Assembly (NCBI GenBank): GCA_034664785.1
Contig: JAXDGY010000450.1
Coordinates: forward strand, 1-57,543
Length of the DNA: 57,543 nt
Direction: 5' to 3'
Origin: Solirubrobacteraceae bacterium
GTDB lineage: Bacteria > Actinomycetota > Thermoleophilia > Solirubrobacterales > Solirubrobacteraceae
A model generated the notes under the pieces. That model saw nothing but the letters and a program-made list of their open reading frames with translations, searched no databases and was not told the origin of the DNA. How positions within the stretch are numbered: position 1 is the stretch's first letter; each line of letters begins with the position of its first letter. Below are positions 44,240 through 53,947 of the stretch, in pieces. Made by a program: the position numbers and the translations under genes.

Positions 44240-44440
44240 TCAGGCGGGCGTGCTGTGCCGGCGCGCCGGTTCGAGGCGGATCGCGGCGATCTCCTCTGAC
44301 GGCGGCAGCTTGGCGAGCACCCCTCGCACGATGTGCACGAGATCGTGGTCGTCGTGGCTCAGGTCTGCGAGCAGCGACCGGAGAGCCGCGTGCGTGAGCT
44401 TGAGCTCCGCCGGCGTCAGCTCGACGTGGCAGGTGGTCAT
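44240..44440 (-). CDS. Small hypothetical protein (66 aa)
   Basis: SD GGAGGT, ATG at 44440. Confidence 0.6.
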   Translation of the reverse strand: MTTCHVELTPAELKLTHAALRSLLADLSHDDHDLVHIVRGVLAKLPPSEEIAAIRLEPARRHSTPA

Positions 44441-44567
44441 GGCGCACCTCCGAAGGTATGGATCTCGTGCCACATGATACGAGCTGCCGGCGGCGGCGGC
44501 GAGGGGCGAAGCCGATCTCGGCGCCGCGATCATTTTCGTCTCAGCGCGGGCTGCAAAGGTGCGCGCC

Positions 44568-45440
44568 GTGGACCCGATCTCCTACTTTCAAGCTGCCGTC
44601 CTGGGCCTCCTGCAGGGCTTCTCGGAGCTGTTCCCGATCTCGAGCCTCGGCCACAGCGTCATGCTGCCTCGGCTGCTCGGCTGGAACATCCACCAGAACG
44701 ACGACTACTTCGTCACGTTCCTGGTGGCCACGCACTTCGCCACGGCGATCGTCCTGTTCTGCTTCTTCTTCGAGGACTGGAAGCGCATCCTGCGCGGGAT
44801 GGCCCGCTCGCTGCGCGATCGTGAGATCGCGCCGGCCAACACCGACGGCAAGCTCGGGTGGCTGCTGGTGGCGGGCACCATCCCCGCCGGCCTGCTCGGC
44901 CTGGCGCTGGAGCACACGCTGCGTGACGCCTTCGCGTCGGCGCAGTCCGCGGCGCTGTTCCTGATGCTCAACGGCGTCCTGCTCTACGGCGCCGAGCAGC
45001 TGCGTCGCCGCGCCCCCGTGCCCGGGGACGGCGGCGGGAACGCGGACGCCGTCATCGCGCGCCGGCTGACCTGGCGATCCTCGCTCGGGATCGGGACCGC
45101 GCAGGCGCTCGCGCTGGTGCCCGGCTTCTCGCGCTCCGGCGCCTCGATGGGCGGGGGTCTGCTGGCGGGACTGTCGAACGAGCACGCCGCCCGCTTCTCC
45201 TTCCTGCTGGCCACGCCGATCATCGGGGCGGCCGCGGCCCTCAAGCTGCCCGACCTCTTCGGGTCCAAGGGCGACGGGATCCGCGGGCCGGCGCTGGTCG
45301 GCGCGCTGTGCGCCGCCGTCACGGCGTACCTCTCGGTGCGGTTCCTCCTGCGCTTCTTCGAGACCAACCGGCTGACGCCGTTCGCCGTCTACTGCCTGGT
45401 CGCGGGCGCCGCGCTGTCCCTCGTCTTCCTGGTCACCTGA
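44568..45440 (+). CDS. uppP: Undecaprenyl-diphosphate phosphatase
   Basis: QGFSELFPISSLGH, PGFSRSG, RFSFLLATP. Confidence 0.93.
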   Translation: MDPISYFQAAVLGLLQGFSELFPISSLGHSVMLPRLLGWNIHQNDDYFVTFLVATHFATAIVLFCFFFEDWKRILRGMARSLRDREIAPANTDGKLGWLLVAGTIPAGLLGLALEHTLRDAFASAQSAALFLMLNGVLLYGAEQLRRRAPVPGDGGGNADAVIARRLTWRSSLGIGTAQALALVPGFSRSGASMGGGLLAGLSNEHAARFSFLLATPIIGAAAALKLPDLFGSKGDGIRGPALVGALCAAVTAYLSVRFLLRFFETNRLTPFAVYCLVAGAALSLVFLVT

Positions 45441-45463
45441 GCCGCCGATCCCGAAAGGCACCC

Positions 45464-45712
45464 ATGTCCAAGAACCGCAACCTGATCATCCCGCTGGTCG
45501 TCCTCGGCGTCCTGCTGCTCGTCGTCGCCGGCATCTACGTGGCCGACACCGCCGACAGCCTGCCGTCGTTCTTCCCCGGCCACCAGGCCGGCTCGACCCA
45601 CCACCACGTCAAGCACGGCATCGCCGCCGCGGTCCTCGGCATCGGGTGCTTCGTGCTGGCGTGGTTCCAGACAGGCCCCGCCTCCTCGACCGGCGGGGCG
45701 CGCCAGGCCTGA
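45464..45712 (+). CDS. Small two-TM protein with a His-rich loop
   Basis: LPSFFPGH...STHHHVKHG between two hydrophobic helices; SD GAAAGG. Confidence 0.75.
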   Translation: MSKNRNLIIPLVVLGVLLLVVAGIYVADTADSLPSFFPGHQAGSTHHHVKHGIAAAVLGIGCFVLAWFQTGPASSTGGARQA

Positions 45713-45723
45713 CCGACCGCTGC

Positions 45724-47061
45724 TCAGGGCAGCGCGCCGGGCAGGGTGAGCGCCGCCTGGACGCCACCGGCCGCGCGCGGTTCGAGGGTGGCCTCGCCCC
45801 CGTGGCGCTCGGCCACCGCCTGCACCAGCGCCAGCCCCAGGCCCGCTCCCGGCCGGCCCACGGCGTCGCGGCCCCGGACGAAGCGCTCGAACGCCCGGCT
45901 CGGGACGAGCGTCTCGTCGAGCGTCCCCTCGTCGCGGACCCACACGCGCGCCCCGTTGTCCTCGGGCGTCAGCTCCGCGCCGAGCACCACGGTGCCGACG
46001 CCGTGGACCAGGGCGTTGTCGGCCATGTTGCGCACGGCCCGCTCGATCGCCACCTCGTCGCCGAGGACGACCAGGCCGCTGGGCTCCGTGGCGATCGTGC
46101 GTCCCTCCGCCTGAGAGGTGTGGCGGAGGTCCTCGGCCACGCGGGCCAGCAGCGCGTCGAGATCGACCTCGTCGCGCAGGAGCTCGGTGGGGTCATCGGC
46201 GCGGGCGACGTCGAGCAGGTCGTCGGCGAGCGCGGACAGGCGGTTCCCGTCCGCCATCGCGGCGCGGATCGAACCGCGCAGCTCCTCGGCGCTGCTGCCG
46301 TGGCGCAGGGCGAGGTCGAGCTCTGCCAGCAGCGTCGCCAGCGGGGTCCGCAGCTCGTGGCTGGCGTTGGCGACGAAGCTGCGCTCGTGCGCCGCGGACG
46401 CGCCCAGCCGCACGAGCATGCGGTTCAGCGTCAGGCCCAGCCGCCGGATCTCGTCGTTCGCGGCCGACACCGGCACCTGCGCGCCGACGTCGGCGCGGCT
46501 GATGCCCTCGGCCCGGCGCCGCATGTCCTCGACCGGCGTGAGCGCGGCGGCCGCCGTGGCGTAGCCGATCCCGGCCGCCAGCAGCAGCGCGAGTGGTCCG
46601 CCGACGAGCAGGGCGCGGCCCAGCCCCTCGAGGGCGCGCTCCCGGTCGGCCAGCGACGACGACGCGAGGGCGACGGCCTGCTTGCCGTGCAGGCGCGTGG
46701 GACCGGCGATCAGCCGCTCCCGCTCGCCGCGCTCGAAGAAGGTCGGTCCGTGCGACGCGCGGCGCGCCTCGGCCGGGGTCAGCAGCGCGGGCCGGCCAGG
46801 GCGGCTGGCGAGGACCTTCCCGTCGATCGTCAGCAGCTGCGCGTCGTTCTCGCCCGGCGGGATGGCGTCGCGCCGGCCGAGGGGCGCCGCCTGGGCGGAG
46901 GCGCTGAGGTTGCCCTGACGGGCGCGCAGCGCCTGGTTGATGGCGTCGTCCAGGCTTCCTCGCGTCCGGTAGAACAGGAACAGGCCGATGATGAGCAGCA
47001 CGACGCTCATCACCGCGACGAAGACGACGGTGAGCCGGAGACGGATCGGAAGCCGGGTCAC
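45724..47061 (-). CDS. Sensor histidine kinase
   Basis: ASHELRTPL, DNA, GAGLGLA; GTGA overlap with the regulator. Confidence 0.92.
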   Translation of the reverse strand: MTRLPIRLRLTVVFVAVMSVVLLIIGLFLFYRTRGSLDDAINQALRARQGNLSASAQAAPLGRRDAIPPGENDAQLLTIDGKVLASRPGRPALLTPAEARRASHGPTFFERGERERLIAGPTRLHGKQAVALASSSLADRERALEGLGRALLVGGPLALLLAAGIGYATAAAALTPVEDMRRRAEGISRADVGAQVPVSAANDEIRRLGLTLNRMLVRLGASAAHERSFVANASHELRTPLATLLAELDLALRHGSSAEELRGSIRAAMADGNRLSALADDLLDVARADDPTELLRDEVDLDALLARVAEDLRHTSQAEGRTIATEPSGLVVLGDEVAIERAVRNMADNALVHGVGTVVLGAELTPEDNGARVWVRDEGTLDETLVPSRAFERFVRGRDAVGRPGAGLGLALVQAVAERHGGEATLEPRAAGGVQAALTLPGALP

Positions 47062-47738
47062 CGGCCGCCGTCGGGTCTGAAGCGGTATCCGGCGCCGCGG
47101 ACGTTCTCGATCGACGACACGCCGAACGGCCGGTCGATCTTCTCGCGCAGGTACCGCACGTAGACCTCGACGACGTTGGAGCGCTGCTCGACGCCGGCCG
47201 GCCAGGCCTGCTCGAGCAGCGTCCACTTGGACAGGATCTGACCGGGATGGCGCATGAACGCCTCCAGGAGCGCCAGCTCCCGCAGCGTGAGCGCGACGAG
47301 CTGGTCGCCGCGACGGACCTCCCCGGTCGCCGGGTTCATCCTGAGCGTGCCCGCCGAGAGGATCGTCGGCCGGCGGACGGGCCCGCGCCGCGTGAGCGCC
47401 CGCAACCGCGCGAACACCTCCTCGAAGGCGAACGGCTTGGCGAGGTAGTCGTCGGCGCCGGCGTCGAGCCCGTCGACGCGGTCGGCCACCGCCGTGCGGG
47501 CGGTGAGCATCAGGACGGGCGCCCACACGTCGTTGGCGCGCAGGCGCCGGCACACCTCGAAGCCGTCGACGTCGGGCAGGCCGACGTCGAGGATGATCGC
47601 GTCGTAGGTCGTCTCGTCGGTCGCCTCGACGGCCCCGCCGCCGTCGTGCGCGAGATCGACCATGAGGCCGTCGGCGCGAAGTCCCCGCGCCAGCAGCTCC
47701 GACAGCCGCGGATCGTCTTCGACCACCAGGACGCGCAT
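47058..47738 (-). CDS. OmpR-family response regulator
   Basis: VLVVEDD, DDYLAKPF, SNVVEVYVRYLREKID. Confidence 0.93.
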   Translation of the reverse strand: MRVLVVEDDPRLSELLARGLRADGLMVDLAHDGGGAVEATDETTYDAIILDVGLPDVDGFEVCRRLRANDVWAPVLMLTARTAVADRVDGLDAGADDYLAKPFAFEEVFARLRALTRRGPVRRPTILSAGTLRMNPATGEVRRGDQLVALTLRELALLEAFMRHPGQILSKWTLLEQAWPAGVEQRSNVVEVYVRYLREKIDRPFGVSSIENVRGAGYRFRPDGGR

Positions 47739-47768
47739 CTGCCGGGCGACGGTAGCGAGAACGACGAC

Positions 47769-47797
47769 GGGGCCCGGGCGACGTGCGCCCGGGCCCC
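47769..47797. terminator. GC hairpin downstream of the PhoX-like gene
   Basis: ggggcccgggcg-acgtg-cgcccgggcccc. Confidence 0.5.
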
Positions 47798-47821
47798 TGC
47801 CGTGGCCTGCCGGCCGCCGGC

Positions 47822-49462
47822 TCAGTCGCCGCTGTGGTGCTGCGCGGTGGTGACCTCGTAGGTCACGTTGTCACCGTGCTGCTGCGTGTAGAACCAGCGC
47901 CAGCGCGAGTTCCCCAGCTGCGGGATCTGGGCGCCCAGGATGCCGTCGGTCCCCGGGTTGCCGTCGGAGACGTGCAGGCCCGTGATCTCGTTGTCGCCGT
48001 CGTTCTTGCCGAAGCCGCCGTTGGCGGCGTCGAGCGTCGCCGAGGCGTCGCGGCCCTCCGCGAGCCAGCGGACCGGCTGGTTGGCCGCGTTGGCGTAGTC
48101 GGTCTTCACGTTGAGCGCGTAGGCCGAGTCCAGCGCGTTGCGCTGGCCGTGCAGCGTGTCGCCCGCGTCCTCGACGAAGGAGATGACGTCCCGCGAGAGG
48201 AACGCGACGTTGTCGAACCCGCTGTGGGCCTGGTCGGACTTGTAGAACATGCTCAACGTGCCGGTGTTCGCGCTCGGGTTGGACTGCGTGAGCTTCATCA
48301 CCGAGCCCCAGCCGCCGGCAGTGGCGTTCTCCGCGCTGGTCGCGTTGGTGTCGCCGGTCTCGTCGAAGTAGAACTCCTTGAACTTCGAGCCGGGCGCGAA
48401 CGCGCCGTTCTCCGGCCGCTTGAACGGGGTCGCCTTGACCGCCTTGGCGGCGACGTTGGCGTTGAACGGCGTGGTGCCGTCGACCGCCGTGTCGTGCACC
48501 GTCACCCACTTCGTGGTGAACGACTTCCCGTAGGTGTGCAGCGCCACCTGGTCGGGGCTGTTCAGCGCCGTCTGGGTGTCGGCCGTGATCGGCTGGCCGC
48601 CGGCGGAGAGCACCTGCAGCGCCTGCAGCCTGCCGTGGGCGAGGTCGCCCGGCTTGGCCGGCACGTAGCGGTAGATGAAGCTGTTGGGGAACTTCGCCGT
48701 CGTGCCCGGCTTGTTGGCGCCGCCGACGTCCTCCGCGATCCAGAGGTTGCCCGCCGAGTCGTCCTGGATGCCCTCATAGCCGCCGCGGCCGAGCGCGCCG
48801 GACACGTCGTCGACCTTCGACGGCAGGTCGGGCGTTGCGGCGTACGTCGGCTTGTCCGGGCTCTCGGTCGTGAACAGCAGCCGCTGCGCCCACGGGTCCC
48901 ACGTCGAGCCGTCGATCGTGGTGATCGCGTTGCCGGCGGAGTCCTTGGTCGCGAGCACCGTCACGCGGTGCTGGCTGTCGGCATCGAGGTTGATGCGCGT
49001 GATGGAGCCCGCGCCGCCCGTGCCGTTCTCGTGCCCCTGGAAGAGGAAGTGGCGGCCGTAGTCGTAGGCCGGGTCGGCGCCGTGCAGGCCGGACTTGAAC
49101 GTGAGGTAGGTGTTCTTGTCGGGCTCGGTCTTCTGCGCCTCGCTCGGGTTGGTCGGCGTCGGCACCATCTGCGGCTCGCCGGCCGCGTTGAGGAGGTCGT
49201 TGTCGTAGCCGTAGTAGGACGTCAGCGGCGTCGGGTTCTCGACCTTGGTCGAACCCTGCGCCACCACGACCTGCGTCAGCTCCGGCGAGAGCCTGCTCGC
49301 CGGGGCATAGCCGTCGGACCGCGTGTTCGCGGGCACGTTGCTCAGGTCGGGCCCGGAGCCCCAGGGAGAGTCCGCGGTACCGGTCGCGGCGAACACGGCG
49401 CCCGACGCGAGCGCGGCCCCCGCCAACAGCGACATCGTCTGCTTTCCTCGTCTCACCAGCAT
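47822..49462 (-). CDS. PhoX/DUF839-like secreted alkaline phosphatase
   Basis: FQGHE, FKRPENG, FDNV, VEDAG, NEITG, QH motifs; signal peptide. Confidence 0.78.
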   Translation of the reverse strand: MLVRRGKQTMSLLAGAALASGAVFAATGTADSPWGSGPDLSNVPANTRSDGYAPASRLSPELTQVVVAQGSTKVENPTPLTSYYGYDNDLLNAAGEPQMVPTPTNPSEAQKTEPDKNTYLTFKSGLHGADPAYDYGRHFLFQGHENGTGGAGSITRINLDADSQHRVTVLATKDSAGNAITTIDGSTWDPWAQRLLFTTESPDKPTYAATPDLPSKVDDVSGALGRGGYEGIQDDSAGNLWIAEDVGGANKPGTTAKFPNSFIYRYVPAKPGDLAHGRLQALQVLSAGGQPITADTQTALNSPDQVALHTYGKSFTTKWVTVHDTAVDGTTPFNANVAAKAVKATPFKRPENGAFAPGSKFKEFYFDETGDTNATSAENATAGGWGSVMKLTQSNPSANTGTLSMFYKSDQAHSGFDNVAFLSRDVISFVEDAGDTLHGQRNALDSAYALNVKTDYANAANQPVRWLAEGRDASATLDAANGGFGKNDGDNEITGLHVSDGNPGTDGILGAQIPQLGNSRWRWFYTQQHGDNVTYEVTTAQHHSGD

Positions 49463-49668
49463 CTCCTTGTGCGTGACTCGGGCCGGGTGCCCGGATCTCG
49501 GCGGCGACGCTAGGCGCCGGCCGTCGTGCGCTGGTTACCGAGGTGAGGCGCGCACGTTGGAGTTCTCTTACCGGGGAATTTCGCCTAGCGGCTCATTCCC
49601 TTGGACGAACTCGGCTGGCGCCTCGTTCGTCCGGCTCGTCCGGCTCGTCCGGTGCGGTCCGACGGACC

Positions 49669-49926
49669 TCAGACCAGGGCGAGCCCGGCGTGCGTCAGAT
49701 GCCAGCCGCCGACGGCGCGGAAGTCGCGGTGGGCGGCCAGGCCCAGACGCTCGAGCTCGAGCAGCCCGGCCTCGATGCGGGTCTCGTCGATGCTCCCGAT
49801 CCGGTACGGGCCGTCGGCGATGGCCAGCGCCGAGGTCAGGCGCGGATGGTCGCGCAGCGTCATCCACGCGATGTAGGCGCCGGTGGTGAGCTGCTGGGAC
49901 CCTGCGCGCGCCGCCTGGTGCTGCAT
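49669..49926 (-). CDS. Hypothetical protein
   Basis: Plausible ORF filling the gap; no recognised motif. Confidence 0.35.
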   Translation of the reverse strand: MQHQAARAGSQQLTTGAYIAWMTLRDHPRLTSALAIADGPYRIGSIDETRIEAGLLELERLGLAAHRDFRAVGGWHLTHAGLALV

Positions 49927-49987
49927 GTGGTGCTGATCGGCATCCGCACCGCCGGCCATGAGCGGCGGCGGGGACCGGGCAGACGTG

Positions 49988-51433
49988 TCAGGCGCTGCGC
50001 CCTGCCGGCTCGCGTGCGTCGGCCCGCGCCACCAGCATGCCCGCGAGCACGACGGCCACGAGCGTGACCGCCGGCATCTCCCAGTCCCAGTCCAGCGATG
50101 CGTGCACCAACCAGGTCACGAGCGCCGCGATCGGCCCGGCGGCCAGCGCACGGTCGGCGCGGTTGACGCGGCGGGCCGCCAAGGCGACGCTCCCGAGCAA
50201 CGCCGCCAGGAAGGCCGCGCCGACCAGCCCCAGCTCCGCCAGGGTCTCGAGCTCGATCGAATGGGCGTCGTGGAGGCTCTCGCCGATGCGACGGCGCTGG
50301 AACCACTGGACGGCGTAGCCGCTCGACCCGACGCCGGCGACCGGGTGGTCGACCCACACCGCGAGCGCGACGCGCCAGTACTCGTTGCGGTTGGACCCCA
50401 GATCGACCAGGCGCTGGTTCGTCGCACCGTAGGCCGCGTCGGGGCGGGTCGTCGGCGCCCTGCCACCACCCACGGCGACCGGGACGGCGACGAGGGCGAC
50501 GACGACGACGGCGACGACCGCGGCGGTCCAGCGCGGAAGCCGGAGCCGGTCCCGCGAATGATCGGTACGGCGCTCGTGCCGCGTCGCGAGCCACGCGAGC
50601 AGCACCGCCGCCGCCACGGCGACCATGAGCGCGGCGAGCACCAGGGCGCCCTGGTGCTCCTTGACCGCCTGGTTGCCGTCGAGGACGCGCACGCTGGACG
50701 ACCGGCCGGCCGCCACGATCGCGGCGAGGCACGGCAGCGAGCACGCCGCGATCGCCCGGAGCTGCGATCGCGTGCCGGCCGCGACGACGAGGACGATGAG
50801 GCCCGCGGCGAAGGCCAGCAGGGCGCCGCGCGAGAACGTGAGATAGAGGCCCACGGCCAGCGGCACGGTGCCGGCCGCAGCAGCGATCCGGATGCTGCGC
50901 GGTCGCTCCGCATCGCCGGCGAGGCGCAGGCAGAGCAACAGCCCCATCGCCGCCAGCACCCCTTCCGCGTTCCAGTAGGTCAACGGCTGCTCCAGGCGCG
51001 CCCCGGCGCGCGTGGTCTCGTTCTGGACGATGATCCCGGGGACGAGCCGGCCCGCCAGTCCGCCGAGCAGCACGACCACGATGCCGGCCGCCAGGCCGGG
51101 CTCCACCCAGCGGGCGGCGGCCCGCGGCCGCCAGACCGCGACGGCCGTCGCGAAGGCGACGAGGTAGAGCAGCACCCGCCGGGCGTCGCCGGACGCCTCG
51201 AAGCGGAGGGGAGCCCAGCTGGCACTCAGCGCGGTCCAGGCGCACAGGGCCCCGAGGGCCGCGAGCGCGCCCCGAGCCGCCCCGCCGGTCGGCAGCGGGG
51301 CCGGCGCCGCGAGCGCGGCGACGGCCAGGACGGCCGCGAAGACGACCAGCGCGATCGCCTGTGGCCGTGCGAAGTACCCGCCTGCGAAGAACGCGAGCAC
51401 CGTGGCCGCGCCGAGGCAGGCCGCGCGGGGCAC
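49988..51433 (-). CDS. O-antigen ligase-family (Wzy_C) membrane protein
   Basis: LAFFAGGYF, PLTYWNA, TFSRG, DAHSIELETLAELGLVG, DWDWE; start uncertain. Confidence 0.85.
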   Translation of the reverse strand: MPRAACLGAATVLAFFAGGYFARPQAIALVVFAAVLAVAALAAPAPLPTGGAARGALAALGALCAWTALSASWAPLRFEASGDARRVLLYLVAFATAVAVWRPRAAARWVEPGLAAGIVVVLLGGLAGRLVPGIIVQNETTRAGARLEQPLTYWNAEGVLAAMGLLLCLRLAGDAERPRSIRIAAAAGTVPLAVGLYLTFSRGALLAFAAGLIVLVVAAGTRSQLRAIAACSLPCLAAIVAAGRSSSVRVLDGNQAVKEHQGALVLAALMVAVAAAVLLAWLATRHERRTDHSRDRLRLPRWTAAVVAVVVVALVAVPVAVGGGRAPTTRPDAAYGATNQRLVDLGSNRNEYWRVALAVWVDHPVAGVGSSGYAVQWFQRRRIGESLHDAHSIELETLAELGLVGAAFLAALLGSVALAARRVNRADRALAAGPIAALVTWLVHASLDWDWEMPAVTLVAVVLAGMLVARADAREPAGRSA

Positions 51434-51837
51434 CGCCAGAAGGGTCGTGTTGCCGTCGGAGGTGCGTGGCCGGACAGGCCGCAGCCTACCGCGAGGTGTC
51501 GCATCGGTCCGTCCTGAGCTCCCGGACCGAACTCCTGTCGCGCCGGACCGATCGGCGTTGCGCGGTGGGGTCCCGCGAGCGCCTGTGTCACCGCGGCGAC
51601 GGATGATCGTTCCGCCGGTCCCGGGACTCCTCCTGGGGCTATCCCTTCGACTAGCTGGCGGAAAGACCACCTTGTGGGGTAAAGAACTACCTTCTACGTT
51701 CCGGCCATGTTCGTCCTCGGGTCAGGACCAAGGCCACCACGGCGCGAGAGGCCGTGACCCGGCCGGCCACGCGATCGCCTCTCCCCATCGATCGCGCTGC
51801 GAAGCCGGTGAATCGGGGGGCACACGAGGGGGACGGG

Positions 51838-53025
51838 ATGACGCGTGCACGCATGGCCCCCGAGGGCTCGGTGGCACCGGAAGGATCCGCGGGGCGCAAG
51901 CCCTCCGTGCTGTTCGCCGTCCACAGCACCCACCTCGGCGGCGGCGAGATCCTCGCCTACCAGGCGGCACGCTGGCTCAGCCGGTCGGGGCACCGGCTCA
52001 CGATCTTGGCGCCGGAGGGCCCGCTGCACGGCTTGTTCGCCGACACGGGGCAGGTCGTCGCTCCGACGCCGATGCTCCCGACCTGGGGGGCCACGGCGGC
52101 GCGGTGGGCGACCGACACGCTGAGGACCGTCCGCGACGTCCCGCGGCTGCGCCGCGTGATCCGCGACACCGGGATCGAGGTCGTGCTGACGAACACGTCG
52201 ACCACGCTGGCGCCGGTCATCGCCGCGCGCCTGGAGCACGTGCCCGCGGTGGTCCATGTGCGCGAGTGGCCGACCTCACGGCTGGCGACGCCGCTCGTCC
52301 GCCTGCACGCCAGGCTCGCCACGACCGTCGTGGTGATCGCGGAGCCGCTCCTGGCGACCGCCGCGCGCGGGGGCGGCCGGGCGCGGCTCGTCCACATCCA
52401 CGACGGGATCCAGCCCGGCCGCTTCAGCGTCCGCCCGCCGCGCGTGCCCGGCGGGCGCCTGCGGCTCGCCGTCGTCGGCGGGTTCGATCGCCGCAAGGGG
52501 CAGGACATCGCGATCCGCGCGCTCGCCCGGCTCCGGGACGCGGGGATCAACGCCGAGCTCGACCTCGTGGGCCGGCAGGGCCGCTCGGACTACATGGAGG
52601 AGCTCGGGCAGCTCATCGAAGGCCTCGACCTCCGCGACCGGGTGCACAACCTCGGCGAGCGGCGCGACGTCCCGATGCTCATGCACGAGTGGGACGCCCT
52701 GCTGGCGCCGTCGCGCGGCGAGTGGACGCCCCTGGCGATCATGGAGGCGATGGCGGTCGGGCTCCCGGTCGTGGCCGCCTCCGTCGGCGCCGTCTCCGAC
52801 CTGCTCGACCAGGGGACCTGCGGCAGGCTGATCCGGCCGGACGACGTCGAGGGGCTGGCCGACGCGATCATGGGGGTGATCGCCGAGAGCGGAACGCCCG
52901 AGGCCGCCGCGCGGGCCGCGGCCGCGCGCGGACGCGTGCTGGAGCGCTACGACCTCGAGCCGTCGCTCGCCCGGCTCGGCGCCGAGCTTGCGCGGGTCGC
53001 GCCGGGCGCCCGAGCCGGGGGCTAG
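51838..53025 (+). CDS. GT4-family glycosyltransferase
   Basis: GGGE, RKGQD, SRGEWTPLAIMEAMAVGLPVVA. Confidence 0.88.
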   Translation: MTRARMAPEGSVAPEGSAGRKPSVLFAVHSTHLGGGEILAYQAARWLSRSGHRLTILAPEGPLHGLFADTGQVVAPTPMLPTWGATAARWATDTLRTVRDVPRLRRVIRDTGIEVVLTNTSTTLAPVIAARLEHVPAVVHVREWPTSRLATPLVRLHARLATTVVVIAEPLLATAARGGGRARLVHIHDGIQPGRFSVRPPRVPGGRLRLAVVGGFDRRKGQDIAIRALARLRDAGINAELDLVGRQGRSDYMEELGQLIEGLDLRDRVHNLGERRDVPMLMHEWDALLAPSRGEWTPLAIMEAMAVGLPVVAASVGAVSDLLDQGTCGRLIRPDDVEGLADAIMGVIAESGTPEAAARAAAARGRVLERYDLEPSLARLGAELARVAPGARAGG

Positions 53026-53891
53026 GAGTGGCGGCCGGGCAGCCGGTCCGGCCCGAAGAGGCGCAGGCCCCGCCACAGCCCGACCGGGAGGCCGAGCAGC
53101 GATCCGGCGGCCCAGTCCGGCACGCGGTGGCGCTCACGTGCCGACGCGTAGGCGGCCGGGAGCGTCAGGCGCAGCTCGCGCGCGAGGAAGCGCAGCATCG
53201 TCGCGTCGCCCGCGAGCAGGTGCTTGGCGTAGAAGACGCCCTGGCCGATGCCGTAGTCGCGGTACAGCCTGCGCATCTGCTCGGCGGTGCGCCAGTCGTG
53301 ATGCCAGATGCGCATGGCCGGCGCGTAGCGCAAGGGCGCGCCCCCGCGCAGCCAGCGGTAGCAGAGGTCGTTGTCCTCGGCGCTCGGGCTGATGCGCTCG
53401 TCGAAGCCGCCCGCGGCGAGCAGCAGCCGGCGGCCGGCCGCCAGGTTGTTCCCGGAGAGGACGCCGTACTGGACGGTGCCGGTGTAGTCGCGCGGCTCAG
53501 GATCCTCCATGAGCGACGGCACGCGCTCGCGGTCCCCGGCGGGCAGGACGCTTCCGGTGACGATCCCGTCCGGGATCTCCGCGAGCTCGCGGACCGCCAC
53601 GGCGACCCAGTCCTCCGCGACGGTGCAGTCGTCGTTGGTGATGAGGGCCACGTCGTGGCGCGCGGCTCGGAGGCCCGCGTTCAGCGCTCGGCCGATGCCG
53701 CGGGGGGAGGACGGGACGTGTCGCGCTCCGATCGACGACCAGCGCCGGACCACCTCGGCGGTCGCGCCGTCGTCGCTCTGGTCGACGACGACGACCTCGT
53801 CGGCCGGCGGCCGGCAGCCGGCGAGCGAGGCCAGCGCGGCGTCGAGCTGCGCCGGGCGGCCGATCGTCGGGATGATGGTGGAGGTCCGCAT
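53022..53891 (-). CDS. GT2-family glycosyltransferase
   Basis: IIPTIGR, VVVVDQ, TNDD, GGFDE, EDNDLCYR. Confidence 0.88.
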   Translation of the reverse strand: MRTSTIIPTIGRPAQLDAALASLAGCRPPADEVVVVDQSDDGATAEVVRRWSSIGARHVPSSPRGIGRALNAGLRAARHDVALITNDDCTVAEDWVAVAVRELAEIPDGIVTGSVLPAGDRERVPSLMEDPEPRDYTGTVQYGVLSGNNLAAGRRLLLAAGGFDERISPSAEDNDLCYRWLRGGAPLRYAPAMRIWHHDWRTAEQMRRLYRDYGIGQGVFYAKHLLAGDATMLRFLARELRLTLPAAYASARERHRVPDWAAGSLLGLPVGLWRGLRLFGPDRLPGRHS

Positions 53892-53947
53892 CGTGTCGCC
53901 CCGCACCCGGCTCGTGTCGGCGGGCGAACCGACGGGCGCGAATCTAG

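Noticed and set aside
49627-49652. TCGTCCGGC tandem repeat x3
   Set aside because: Short GC microsatellite-like repeat with no spacers or functional context
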